Source: Bacteroidales bacterium UBA6117 (GTDB taxonomy: Bacteria; Bacteroidota; Bacteroidia; Bacteroidales; VadinHA17). From it: 64,000 bases of DNA. The stretch lies in contig DIWB01000027.1 of the NCBI GenBank assembly GCA_002428385.1, positions 3,349 to 67,348 of the forward strand. The letters are read 5' to 3'. This document shows, piece by piece, positions 45,049 to 53,401 of the stretch. The notes under the pieces were generated by a model that was given only the letters and a program-made list of their open reading frames with translations, ran no database searches and was not told the DNA's origin. A program made the translations under genes and the position numbers. Within the stretch, counting starts at the first letter, position 1. Every line of letters begins with the position of its first letter.

Positions 45049-46179
45049 TCAGGCGTTTATCATCATTGGCATGAGAAGCATGAGAAGATCTTCCGACTCA
45101 TTTTCGGATTCCCCGGGCAGGAACAATCCGGCCCTGGTGGGATCAGCCAGTTCAATCATGACATCCTGAGAGGCCATATTTGAAAGAATTTCAAGGAGGA
45201 ACACCGATTTGAATCCTATTTCAAGATCCTCTCCTTCATACTGGCATTTGATCTTCTCGTAAGCTGATATTGAGAAGTCGATATCCTGTGCCGAAACCGT
45301 CATCTGGTTGCCTTTAAGCTGGAGCTTGACAAGGTTGCTTGCCTGGTTTGAAAAGACGGACACCCTTCTGAGGGTATTGTAAAACTCGACACGATCGACC
45401 GTGACCTTCCGCGGGTTATTCTTGGGAATCACCGAATTGTAATTGGGATAATTGCCTTCCACAAGCCTGCAGACCACCCTGTAGTCGTTCAGGTTGAAGA
45501 AAGCATTTTTATCATCGAACTCAACAGTGACAGCACCCTCTTCCTTTGGCAGGATATTTCTCAGCAGGGAGGCCGGTTTCTTTGGAAGGATGAAAGATGA
45601 ATTATCGTCGGCATGAGTGTCGCTGCACTGATATCTTACCAGTTTATGCGCATCAGATGCCACAAAGGTAATCTTATCCGTTGAAGCCTCAACGAAGATA
45701 CCTCCCATCACCGGTCTGAGTTCATCGTCGGCAGTTGCAAAGAGTGTCCTGTTGATTCCGGCCAGCATCACGTCAGCATTGATAACGAATGAGAATTTTT
45801 TCTCCTTCCTGATGGCAGGGAGTGCAGGAAAATCGATGCCATTCTGACCTACCACATTGAATTTTCCGTTCTCGGAAGTGATAACTACGGCAAGTGTATC
45901 CAGGTTAATGTCGAATGAAAGCGGCTGAACTGAGAATTCCTTGAGGGTGTCGAGCAGAATCCTTGCCGGAAGGGCTATGATACCGTCACCCGTGGCATTC
46001 TCGAGCTTCATCCTTGTGATCAGCGTCGATTCAAGATCTGATGCCGTTATTTCAAGATCGTTGCCTGAAAGATTAAAAAGAAAATTATCAAGGATCGGCA
46101 AGGTGTTTTTGGAGCTGATCACCCTGCTTATGGCCTGCAAATGACCTAGTAACTCTGTGCTGGATACAACAAATTTCAT
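45049..46179 (-). CDS. dnaN: DNA polymerase III beta sliding clamp
   Basis: MKFVVSSTELLGHLQAISRVISSKNTLPILDNFLF and overall length of 376 aa are typical of DnaN. Confidence 0.95.
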   Translation of the reverse strand: MKFVVSSTELLGHLQAISRVISSKNTLPILDNFLFNLSGNDLEITASDLESTLITRMKLENATGDGIIALPARILLDTLKEFSVQPLSFDINLDTLAVVITSENGKFNVVGQNGIDFPALPAIRKEKKFSFVINADVMLAGINRTLFATADDELRPVMGGIFVEASTDKITFVASDAHKLVRYQCSDTHADDNSSFILPKKPASLLRNILPKEEGAVTVEFDDKNAFFNLNDYRVVCRLVEGNYPNYNSVIPKNNPRKVTVDRVEFYNTLRRVSVFSNQASNLVKLQLKGNQMTVSAQDIDFSISAYEKIKCQYEGEDLEIGFKSVFLLEILSNMASQDVMIELADPTRAGLFLPGESENESEDLLMLLMPMMINA

Positions 46180-46254
46180 ATTATAACGGATTTAATTACT
46201 TCTTCAATTTCGCAACTATCAATATTACAAAAAAAACATTTATCCTCAAACAAA

Positions 46255-47232
46255 TTATTGCCCGGGAAGGAAATATGAGCGCTTTTTGATAATAGGATCG
46301 ATATCCGCAAATTTAACAACAAAAAATTCCGATTCCCCCTGCTTCCGGGCCCACATCCTGTCTGTGTCATCCCTTACTGAATCCTGTTCCGTTATCGTGC
46401 GTTTCCACAGATTTATCAGGCTCCTCTCCCCTTCCGAACTTAATACTGTAACCCTGTACAACGGCTGTTCGCCCGACAGGCCTGCCTTCTCCGCCTCCGT
46501 CAGTTCAGGAGCCCATGATTCAAAGGGCACCCGCGTGAAATAGGAAATATACCTCAAAACACGGGAGGTATCCCAGCCTGTCAGTTCCCTGTCGTTTCCT
46601 AAAAGTGAAGGAATGCCGCCTGCGTATTTTATCATGAATGAAGATGATGTGTCGGACAGATTCTCGAAGGTCACCGAATGAATCTCCGATGGCTGCAGGC
46701 TGAACACTGTATATGGCTGCCAGAAAAGTTCGTTTACAGTGAATGCCGATCCGATCTCTGCCTCGCTGCCGGGAACTGAAACGATGTATGGCTTCGATCC
46801 GGGCTTCAGCTTCATTATGTTTCCATACTGATTTGAAGCTGTTTTATAAACCAGGAATGAACTAAGCAATTTATTCTTTTCATAGACTTTCACGGCTACA
46901 GGCTCGATTCCCATCGATGTGATTCCGGAATTGAACAGCTCTTCCGACACTGGCGATTTGATCTGCATTTCTGTAAGTATCCTTGTGATGAAAAGAATAC
47001 TGCTTCGTCTGGCCGGCTGTTTCCCGTTTACAAGCCACTCTTCGCCCTCTTCCCTGAGGGTAAGGGTGTTATTCCCCGACGTGAACTCAATCCTTGTGAT
47101 CCTTTCAACCGGTCTGGCAGCAAACGAGGTATTGCTGCCGCCAAATGGTTTCCTGTCCCTCAGAAGAAGGATCATCAGAAAAATAATGACGGCCGCACCA
47201 ATGATATACAGAACTGCCTTACGCTTCATCAT
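46255..47232 (-). CDS. DUF4340-like protein (GldG-associated), N-terminal TM anchor
   Basis: Trimmed to MMKRKAVLYIIGAAVIIF. The start overlaps the gldFG stop (ATGATGA). The position after a GldG-type gene is typical. Confidence 0.55.
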   Translation of the reverse strand: MMKRKAVLYIIGAAVIIFLMILLLRDRKPFGGSNTSFAARPVERITRIEFTSGNNTLTLREEGEEWLVNGKQPARRSSILFITRILTEMQIKSPVSEELFNSGITSMGIEPVAVKVYEKNKLLSSFLVYKTASNQYGNIMKLKPGSKPYIVSVPGSEAEIGSAFTVNELFWQPYTVFSLQPSEIHSVTFENLSDTSSSFMIKYAGGIPSLLGNDRELTGWDTSRVLRYISYFTRVPFESWAPELTEAEKAGLSGEQPLYRVTVLSSEGERSLINLWKRTITEQDSVRDDTDRMWARKQGESEFFVVKFADIDPIIKKRSYFLPGQ

Positions 47233-49646
47233 AACGATTTTGAATACTTGATTCTTCTCCTCCATCCGAAAAGAAAACCGGCAACAAGAACAAGCACTAC
47301 CGGTCCCGCTATATTAACAGTCTGCCAGAACATTCTCCTGTTTTTTACTTCGTTGCCGTCGAGCAGCCTCAGCTTCAACTCCCTGGATCTCAGCTCCATG
47401 ATACCATGGTCGTCGACAAGGTAATTGAGACAATTGAGAATGAAGTCCCTGTTTCCGAACATCTCAAGAGTGTATCTGTCCTGGCCCAGCGGCAATGGTG
47501 TTTCGACAGTTCCGCTTCTCCTAACCTCATTTCTGATAATATCGCCGTCAGCCACAACTATCATTTTTGTAGGCACGCTTTCTTCCCGGACCCGGATACC
47601 TGGTTCGTTTACCAGATTTTCAGTAGGTCTGTTCCTGAAAGCTGACGGGAACACTCCTTCGAGCAGGACCGCCACCGGCAGACCTGACCTGTTGAAGGAT
47701 CCTTCTTCGGGAACCATCTCGGCTTCCCTGAGGCTTATGAAGAATGGAGGCGATAAGGTCCGGCTTAGTCCGGAGGTTGAAAGCAGGATGCTTTTTCTGA
47801 TATTTCCATCAAGTCCCACAGTATCTATGTAGTTGGAAAACTCTCCCTTAACCCTGTTTATATTCCTGGTTACCGGATGGTCGGGGTATGGAGTAAGCAG
47901 AGGGTAATAGAGCCAGGGAACTGAAACCGGCTGCTGCCTGACCCCGCCGCTCGAGAGTATAAGCCTGATCCGGGCACACTCGACATCCTGGACTATCTGC
48001 GCGTTGACCCTTACACCATATCTGAATATCTGATCCTCAAGATTCAGAGGCCTGTAGATTGCAGCTGTCTCGCCCATCACAAGGCTGTCGGCATATACAT
48101 TCACCTCTTCCAGGAGCCACAGCACCTTTCCTCCGTTCATTATGTACTGATCGAGTACGAACTTGTCGCTCTCACTGAATTCCTTTTGCGGCCCGGCAAT
48201 GACGATCGCTGAATATCTGTCGAGGATGCCGGGGGTTCCGCCGATAACACCCCTGTCAACGGTAAAGAACCTTGCCATATGGTATATTATGTCTGCTACT
48301 CCCGTCTCCGGAATTTCATCATGCCCTTCGATAAATGCCACCTTGTAGATGGTGTCGGAGCTGAGCGTGGCCATTGGCTGTATCAGCTCATATTCAAGCC
48401 CTTCGGCAGAATGAAGAAGATTTTCCTCAGCCGTCATGGTTGGATTGTTCTTCAGAAAATTTACGGGCACTTCAATGCCGTTGTAATTGACGATCATCCC
48501 CGGAAAAATGATTTTCTGGCTTGATCCTCCCTCCTGGTCACTGTCCTGAATATTCACCGGATTAAGTCCCTTTTCAAGCAGCGACTGGTAAAGCGCATCC
48601 CGTTTCTCCGGATCGTTGCTTTCCGACGGGTTGATGAAATCATAATCAACTTTCCTGCCTGAGAATATTCTGAACTCATCCAGCATTTCACTCACCGATC
48701 GTTTCAGCCGTTTAAAGGGGATAGGCATTTCACCATCGAGGTAGACCTGAACAAAGATGTCATTCTTTATTTCTGAAAGTACCTTCCTTGTCGGTTCGGA
48801 GAGGGTGTAGCGCTTGTCTTCGGTCAGATCGGCCCGAAGTCTCAGAAATGAAACCGCGACAGCTGCAATTATAACGGCGGCAACGGTCAGCCCGAAACGA
48901 AACCAGTTGCGTTTCTCATGATTTCTCGAAAGAAGGACTATCCGTGTTGCCTCATTGAAAAGAATGACCACCGCGACAAAATATGCAATATCCCTTATGT
49001 CTATCACTCCCCTGCTCATCGACTTGTAGTGCTCATTGATGCCGAGTCCGATAACAAATTCATCGATATTCCTCAGGCCCGGCAGATAGGCGAAAGCGTC
49101 GAAACCCATGAAAAGGAACAGTGAGATCAGCGCTGCAATAATAAAGGCAACAACCTGGTTTTCGGTGAGCGATGATGCAAAAAGGCCCGCCGATGCATAA
49201 ACTGCAGCCAGGAAGAACAATCCGATGAATGCTCCGATTGTGCCTCCCTTGTCGAGATTTCCGGGGGTTTCGCCCAGCAGGTGAACTGAGATATAATATA
49301 AAACGCCCGGTACCAGCGCAAGCAATACCAGTGCAACGGCAGCAAGGTACTTACCGTAAACTATCCCCCGCTCGGTCACAGGTTTTGAGTACAGCAGTTC
49401 CATCGTTCCCAGCCTCTTCTCCTCTGCAATCATCTTCATCGTTACAGCAGGGACAAGGAATAAAAATATCCAGGGCGACAACAGGAACAGAGTATCGAGA
49501 CCAGCATAGCCGCTGTCGAGAATGTTCCATTCTCCGGGCAGCACCCACATAAACAGCGAATTTATAAGCAGGAAGACGATTATGACTATGTATCCTGTAA
49601 GATTGCTGAAAAATCCGGTTATCTCCTTTCTGAATATTGCGAACAT
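47229..49646 (-). CDS. gldFG: fused GldF (ABC-2 permease) and GldG gliding-motility-associated ABC transporter protein
   Basis: Residues 1 to about 240 are GldF-like (MFAIFRKEITGFFSNLTGYIV...EEKRLGTMELL). Residues from about 250 on are GldG-like (TM helix, then DLTEDKRYTLS...). It is a single 805-aa frame with no internal stop or Met at the junction. Confidence 0.8.
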   Translation of the reverse strand: MFAIFRKEITGFFSNLTGYIVIIVFLLINSLFMWVLPGEWNILDSGYAGLDTLFLLSPWIFLFLVPAVTMKMIAEEKRLGTMELLYSKPVTERGIVYGKYLAAVALVLLALVPGVLYYISVHLLGETPGNLDKGGTIGAFIGLFFLAAVYASAGLFASSLTENQVVAFIIAALISLFLFMGFDAFAYLPGLRNIDEFVIGLGINEHYKSMSRGVIDIRDIAYFVAVVILFNEATRIVLLSRNHEKRNWFRFGLTVAAVIIAAVAVSFLRLRADLTEDKRYTLSEPTRKVLSEIKNDIFVQVYLDGEMPIPFKRLKRSVSEMLDEFRIFSGRKVDYDFINPSESNDPEKRDALYQSLLEKGLNPVNIQDSDQEGGSSQKIIFPGMIVNYNGIEVPVNFLKNNPTMTAEENLLHSAEGLEYELIQPMATLSSDTIYKVAFIEGHDEIPETGVADIIYHMARFFTVDRGVIGGTPGILDRYSAIVIAGPQKEFSESDKFVLDQYIMNGGKVLWLLEEVNVYADSLVMGETAAIYRPLNLEDQIFRYGVRVNAQIVQDVECARIRLILSSGGVRQQPVSVPWLYYPLLTPYPDHPVTRNINRVKGEFSNYIDTVGLDGNIRKSILLSTSGLSRTLSPPFFISLREAEMVPEEGSFNRSGLPVAVLLEGVFPSAFRNRPTENLVNEPGIRVREESVPTKMIVVADGDIIRNEVRRSGTVETPLPLGQDRYTLEMFGNRDFILNCLNYLVDDHGIMELRSRELKLRLLDGNEVKNRRMFWQTVNIAGPVVLVLVAGFLFGWRRRIKYSKSL

Positions 49647-49768
49647 CTTATTCTTATTGACCTGTTTATACTCCTGTCCGATGATGATAATTAATAAACC
49701 CTGTAATTTCAGTTAAAACCAGGAAAACCATAAACCCGATGCGAGGGATGTGTTTTTGATTATCGGTG

Positions 49769-49776
49769 CAAAAATA
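49769..49776 (-). promoter_or_regulatory. candidate -7 box (TATTTTTG) upstream of gldFG
   Basis: Exact TAnnTTTG match on the minus strand, about 120 nt upstream of the ATG at 49646. Confidence 0.25.
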
Positions 49777-49777
49777 A

Positions 49778-50935
49778 TCAATAAGTTTCCTGTTTTAAGG
49801 GCTTTGCATATTTCACATCAGTTATTATAACATCTGAATAATAGAATTTTATTATTTCATCCGATTTAAATCCCCTGGCGGCCATAACCATGGCTCCCTC
49901 CTGACACAGTCCCACGCCGTGACCGTATCCCCTTCCCCTGAGAACGATCGAGCTGCCTTCGTGTGAAACCGAAAAAAACGATGATTTAAGGTTAAGGTCA
50001 TTCCTGATCGTGTTGAACGGAATTGAGAAAGTACCGATCCGGTACTCGTTATGCCTTGTGTTCTGAACAAAATTGTATGAGCGTGCAGTAACTCCGGATG
50101 GCGCGTATCCTGAACGTTTCAGATACGATTCCCATTCAGCCAGGGGGATTGTTTTTTTCCAGTGAGCGTTCGGTGATTTTATGCAATAGGGATCAATAAC
50201 CTTTTTAAGGTAGGAATGACCTGCGAGCCATACAAAATCGGAGGTCGAGGTTTCTCCTCCGCAATTGGAGTGAAATGCTGAAATTATCAGGGTGCTGTCG
50301 GATGAGAGGATAACCTGATCACTTGTTTCCGATGCAGCCCTCAATATGAGCGAATCAGAAGTTACACCGTTGAAAGCCTGGCAGTGAGTGTTGTCGCACA
50401 GGTTATAGCCGTCTATCATGTGCCGGTCTGAATGCCTGTAGAGGTAAGTCCGAACAAGAAGAGCCTGTGATTTAAGGTATTCAATCCTGCGGCCTGGTCC
50501 GCCTTCTGTTCTTACTACCCCTGCAATATATTCCTCCACGTCGCAGATATTTGTAAAAACCATCACCCGAAGGTCGGCGATGCATTTAAGGCTTCCGCTG
50601 TAATATCGCCGCTCTCCCGGACTGCCATTTATCCTGAGAGAAAAATGGTCATTGCCGGTCAGTCCCCTCACGGTCAGAGAATCCACTGTAAAGCTCACAG
50701 AGTTTCTGAGCTTTACGGCCACCCTGCCTTCGTACAATGCTAAAATTACAGGATCGCCCGATCCGATGGGGACAGGAGAGCCGTCGTAAGTGTCCAGCTC
50801 AAATTTGCCATGGATCACTGAAAGAGACGCAGATGAGGGTTTCCGGTCGGCAAACACCCTTACCCTGACCTGTGCCGGTGTCATACCGGGCAAAAGGAAA
50901 ACAAGCAACAGTATATTCAGAAAAATCTTTGACAT
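49778..50935 (-). CDS. SpoIID/LytB domain protein, exported
   Basis: Signal peptide. FHSNCGGETS and GYGHGVGLCQEGA are the SpoIID motifs. Confidence 0.85.
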   Translation of the reverse strand: MSKIFLNILLLVFLLPGMTPAQVRVRVFADRKPSSASLSVIHGKFELDTYDGSPVPIGSGDPVILALYEGRVAVKLRNSVSFTVDSLTVRGLTGNDHFSLRINGSPGERRYYSGSLKCIADLRVMVFTNICDVEEYIAGVVRTEGGPGRRIEYLKSQALLVRTYLYRHSDRHMIDGYNLCDNTHCQAFNGVTSDSLILRAASETSDQVILSSDSTLIISAFHSNCGGETSTSDFVWLAGHSYLKKVIDPYCIKSPNAHWKKTIPLAEWESYLKRSGYAPSGVTARSYNFVQNTRHNEYRIGTFSIPFNTIRNDLNLKSSFFSVSHEGSSIVLRGRGYGHGVGLCQEGAMVMAARGFKSDEIIKFYYSDVIITDVKYAKPLKQETY

Positions 50936-50977
50936 TTAATACTCAAAACTTTGATAATCATGCCACATGACAGGTCA

Positions 50978-52108
50978 CTAGTGGTCCGGTTGCTTTAAAG
51001 CCTCAACCATGTCGGACGCCACCCTTTCCGACGCACCTTCAGGTCCCAGTATTTCCTTCACCAGAGCATAATCGCGCAGCACCTTTCCCCTTAAGGATCC
51101 GCCGGGCAGCACAGCCTCCAGTTCCTTCACCAGGTTTTTTTCGTTCAGCGAATACTGGACCAGTTCCTTAACGGCTTCATAACCGGCAATAAGGTTCACA
51201 AGTGAAATGAATCTGACTTTTATCACCGCCCAGGCGATCGCCATTGAGATAAAATCGCCCTTATAGCATACAACCTCAGGAACCCCGAGAAGGGCAGCCT
51301 CGAGAGTTGCAGTTCCCGATTTCACAAGAGCGGCTTCCGATACATGAAGTATCTCGTATGTTTTGTCCCTGATAAGTCTAACCGGGTAATCCCTTAATAT
51401 CCCCTTGTATAATTCGTCCGGGAGGTTCTTCACCCCTGCCACGACAAACTGGTGTCCGGGGAAATGTGAAACGGCTTTAAGCATCTCCGGGAGTATCTGC
51501 TTTACCTCACTCTTTCTGCTTCCGGCAAGCATGGCGATAACCGGCTTATTGTCGAGTCCCAGCGATTTGCGAACCTCATCCTCAGGAGGAAGAGCCCTTT
51601 GTCTCTTTCCCGTCTCATCGAGAAGCGGATTACCGAGATAAACGGTTTCAACGCCGTGTCTTGAATAAAATTCAACTTCAAACGGGAAAATGATGTACAT
51701 CCTGTCGATGCTTCGCTTGACTTTTCTTACTCTTCCCTCATTCCATGCCCACAGTTTAGGTGAAATATAATAGAATACCCTTAATCCGGATTTCTTCGCA
51801 AATTCTGCTATTCGCAGGTTAAAGCCCGGGTAATCGATCAGAATAACAACATCGGGACTGAATGAGTTGATCTGCTGTTTGCACAGGGTGAACAGCCTGC
51901 CAATGGAACCAAGGTTTTTAGCAACTTCGACGAAGCCCATGAACGCTGTCCGGCGGTAGTGCATAAGGAGTTCAGCTCCTTCCGACTGCATGAGATCTCC
52001 GCCCCAGCATCGGACAACTGCCTCCTTATCGTGGAGGAACAGTTCCCTGACAAGATTCGATCCGTGAAGATCGCCAGACTGTTCTCCGGCTATTATGAAA
52101 TACTTCAT
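50978..52108 (-). CDS. lpxB: lipid-A-disaccharide synthase
   Basis: MKYFIIAGEQSGDLHGSNL N-terminus with the GT19 pattern throughout. Confidence 0.9.
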   Translation of the reverse strand: MKYFIIAGEQSGDLHGSNLVRELFLHDKEAVVRCWGGDLMQSEGAELLMHYRRTAFMGFVEVAKNLGSIGRLFTLCKQQINSFSPDVVILIDYPGFNLRIAEFAKKSGLRVFYYISPKLWAWNEGRVRKVKRSIDRMYIIFPFEVEFYSRHGVETVYLGNPLLDETGKRQRALPPEDEVRKSLGLDNKPVIAMLAGSRKSEVKQILPEMLKAVSHFPGHQFVVAGVKNLPDELYKGILRDYPVRLIRDKTYEILHVSEAALVKSGTATLEAALLGVPEVVCYKGDFISMAIAWAVIKVRFISLVNLIAGYEAVKELVQYSLNEKNLVKELEAVLPGGSLRGKVLRDYALVKEILGPEGASERVASDMVEALKQPDH

Positions 52109-52404
52109 AACAGAAACTTTACTGCAAAGACCAGCGCTGCCCAGATTATTGTGATTGCAAGCACTCCCCTTGTGGCCCTGAGCATATCGAGCCGGTTAAA
52201 GAGAAGGAAAAGGAAAATGTTGGGAAACACGCAAAGTGAAATTATGTGAGTCAGGATGTCTGCTTCAGCAATTCTCCTGAAATATTCCACCGGAGCACTG
52301 TTACCCTCTGAGAATAGCCAGATTCCTGAAGATATCAGCAACGGGATTATAAAACCGGCAAGGACTCCGATATATTGCCTGTCATATTTCCCGGTGAATG
52401 TCAT
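52105..52404 (-). CDS. small 3-TM membrane protein
   Basis: 99-aa ORF linked by ATGA overlaps to both surE (upstream) and lpxB (downstream). Confidence 0.55.
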   Translation of the reverse strand: MTFTGKYDRQYIGVLAGFIIPLLISSGIWLFSEGNSAPVEYFRRIAEADILTHIISLCVFPNIFLFLLFNRLDMLRATRGVLAITIIWAALVFAVKFLL

Positions 52405-53183
52405 AGGCTGAATCGTTCCTTCAACGTGTCAATATACGAATGTGCGGTCATGTCGACCGATACCGGCACTATTGAAACATAATTATTTGCGAGCGCCCAT
52501 TCATCGGTATCCGGTGCCTCTGGCTCCTGGTTCTGGAACATCCCGGTGAGCCAGTAATAGGTCCGGCCCATCGGATCTTTCCGCTTTTCAAATTCCTCCT
52601 TCCAGTTGCCTTTGGACTGGCGGCAGATCTTTATTCCTTTTATCTCGTTCTCGGAAACAGAAGGTATGTTGACATTAAGGCAGATACCTTTGGGAAGCGT
52701 CATCTCGGTAAGTTTCAGCATCACTATCCTGATGAACTTCCTGCATATTGAGAAATCGGCTGTGCGGGAGAAGTCGCTCATTGAAAAACCCACTGAGTCG
52801 ATACCGTACAAACAACCCTCGATGGCAGCTGCCATGGTGCCGGAATAAAGTACGCTTACCGATGCATTTGAGCCGTGGTTGATTCCTGAAACAACCCAGT
52901 CAGGCTTCCTCTCAAGCAACTGGTTAACGGCAAGCTTGATGCTGTCGGTGGGGGTTCCGTTGCAGGCATAAACCTTGCGGCGGTCAGTCTCCTCAAGAAG
53001 TTTGACTCTTAGGGGAGTCTTCACAGTGAGCGCCATTGACATTCCCGACATACTTTCCTGAGTCGAAACCAGCACAACCTTTCCGAATTCTTCCATTACT
53101 TCAATGAGAGTCCTCAGGCCTGCGGCATACAGCCCGTCGTCGTTGGTTACAAGTATCAGTTTGTCGTTCGGTTCAAGAGTCAT
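52401..53183 (-). CDS. surE: 5'/3'-nucleotidase SurE
   Basis: LVTNDDG and GINHGSN motifs. Confidence 0.9.
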   Translation of the reverse strand: MTLEPNDKLILVTNDDGLYAAGLRTLIEVMEEFGKVVLVSTQESMSGMSMALTVKTPLRVKLLEETDRRKVYACNGTPTDSIKLAVNQLLERKPDWVVSGINHGSNASVSVLYSGTMAAAIEGCLYGIDSVGFSMSDFSRTADFSICRKFIRIVMLKLTEMTLPKGICLNVNIPSVSENEIKGIKICRQSKGNWKEEFEKRKDPMGRTYYWLTGMFQNQEPEAPDTDEWALANNYVSIVPVSVDMTAHSYIDTLKERFSL

Positions 53184-53202
53184 CTTATCAAGTTTTGATG
53201 TG

Positions 53203-53210
53203 CAAAGATA
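53203..53210 (-). promoter_or_regulatory. candidate -7 box (TATCTTTG) for surE
   Basis: Exact TAnnTTTG match on the minus strand, 19 nt upstream of the ATG at 53183. Confidence 0.35.
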
Positions 53211-53401
53211 GATAATTACCCTTAAGCTTAGAGAAATTGTTTACTTTTGCAATCTTGACAAATTTTTTGTTCTGAACAGCCGGTCAGGATGAAAGTAACC
53301 CACAAACCGGACAAACTTTTAAACAAATCACGACCGGGCAGACAGGCTTTTATGAAGTAGTTACATAAACACAATACTCAAAGAATTCTATTTTTTTACA
53401 G

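Noticed and set aside
53288-53359. 23-codon ORF (MKVTHKPDKLLNKSRPGRQAFMK) upstream of pheT, considered as a Phe-attenuation leader peptide
   Set aside because: It contains a single Phe codon and is not followed by alternative terminator/antiterminator hairpins, unlike pheM-type leaders.
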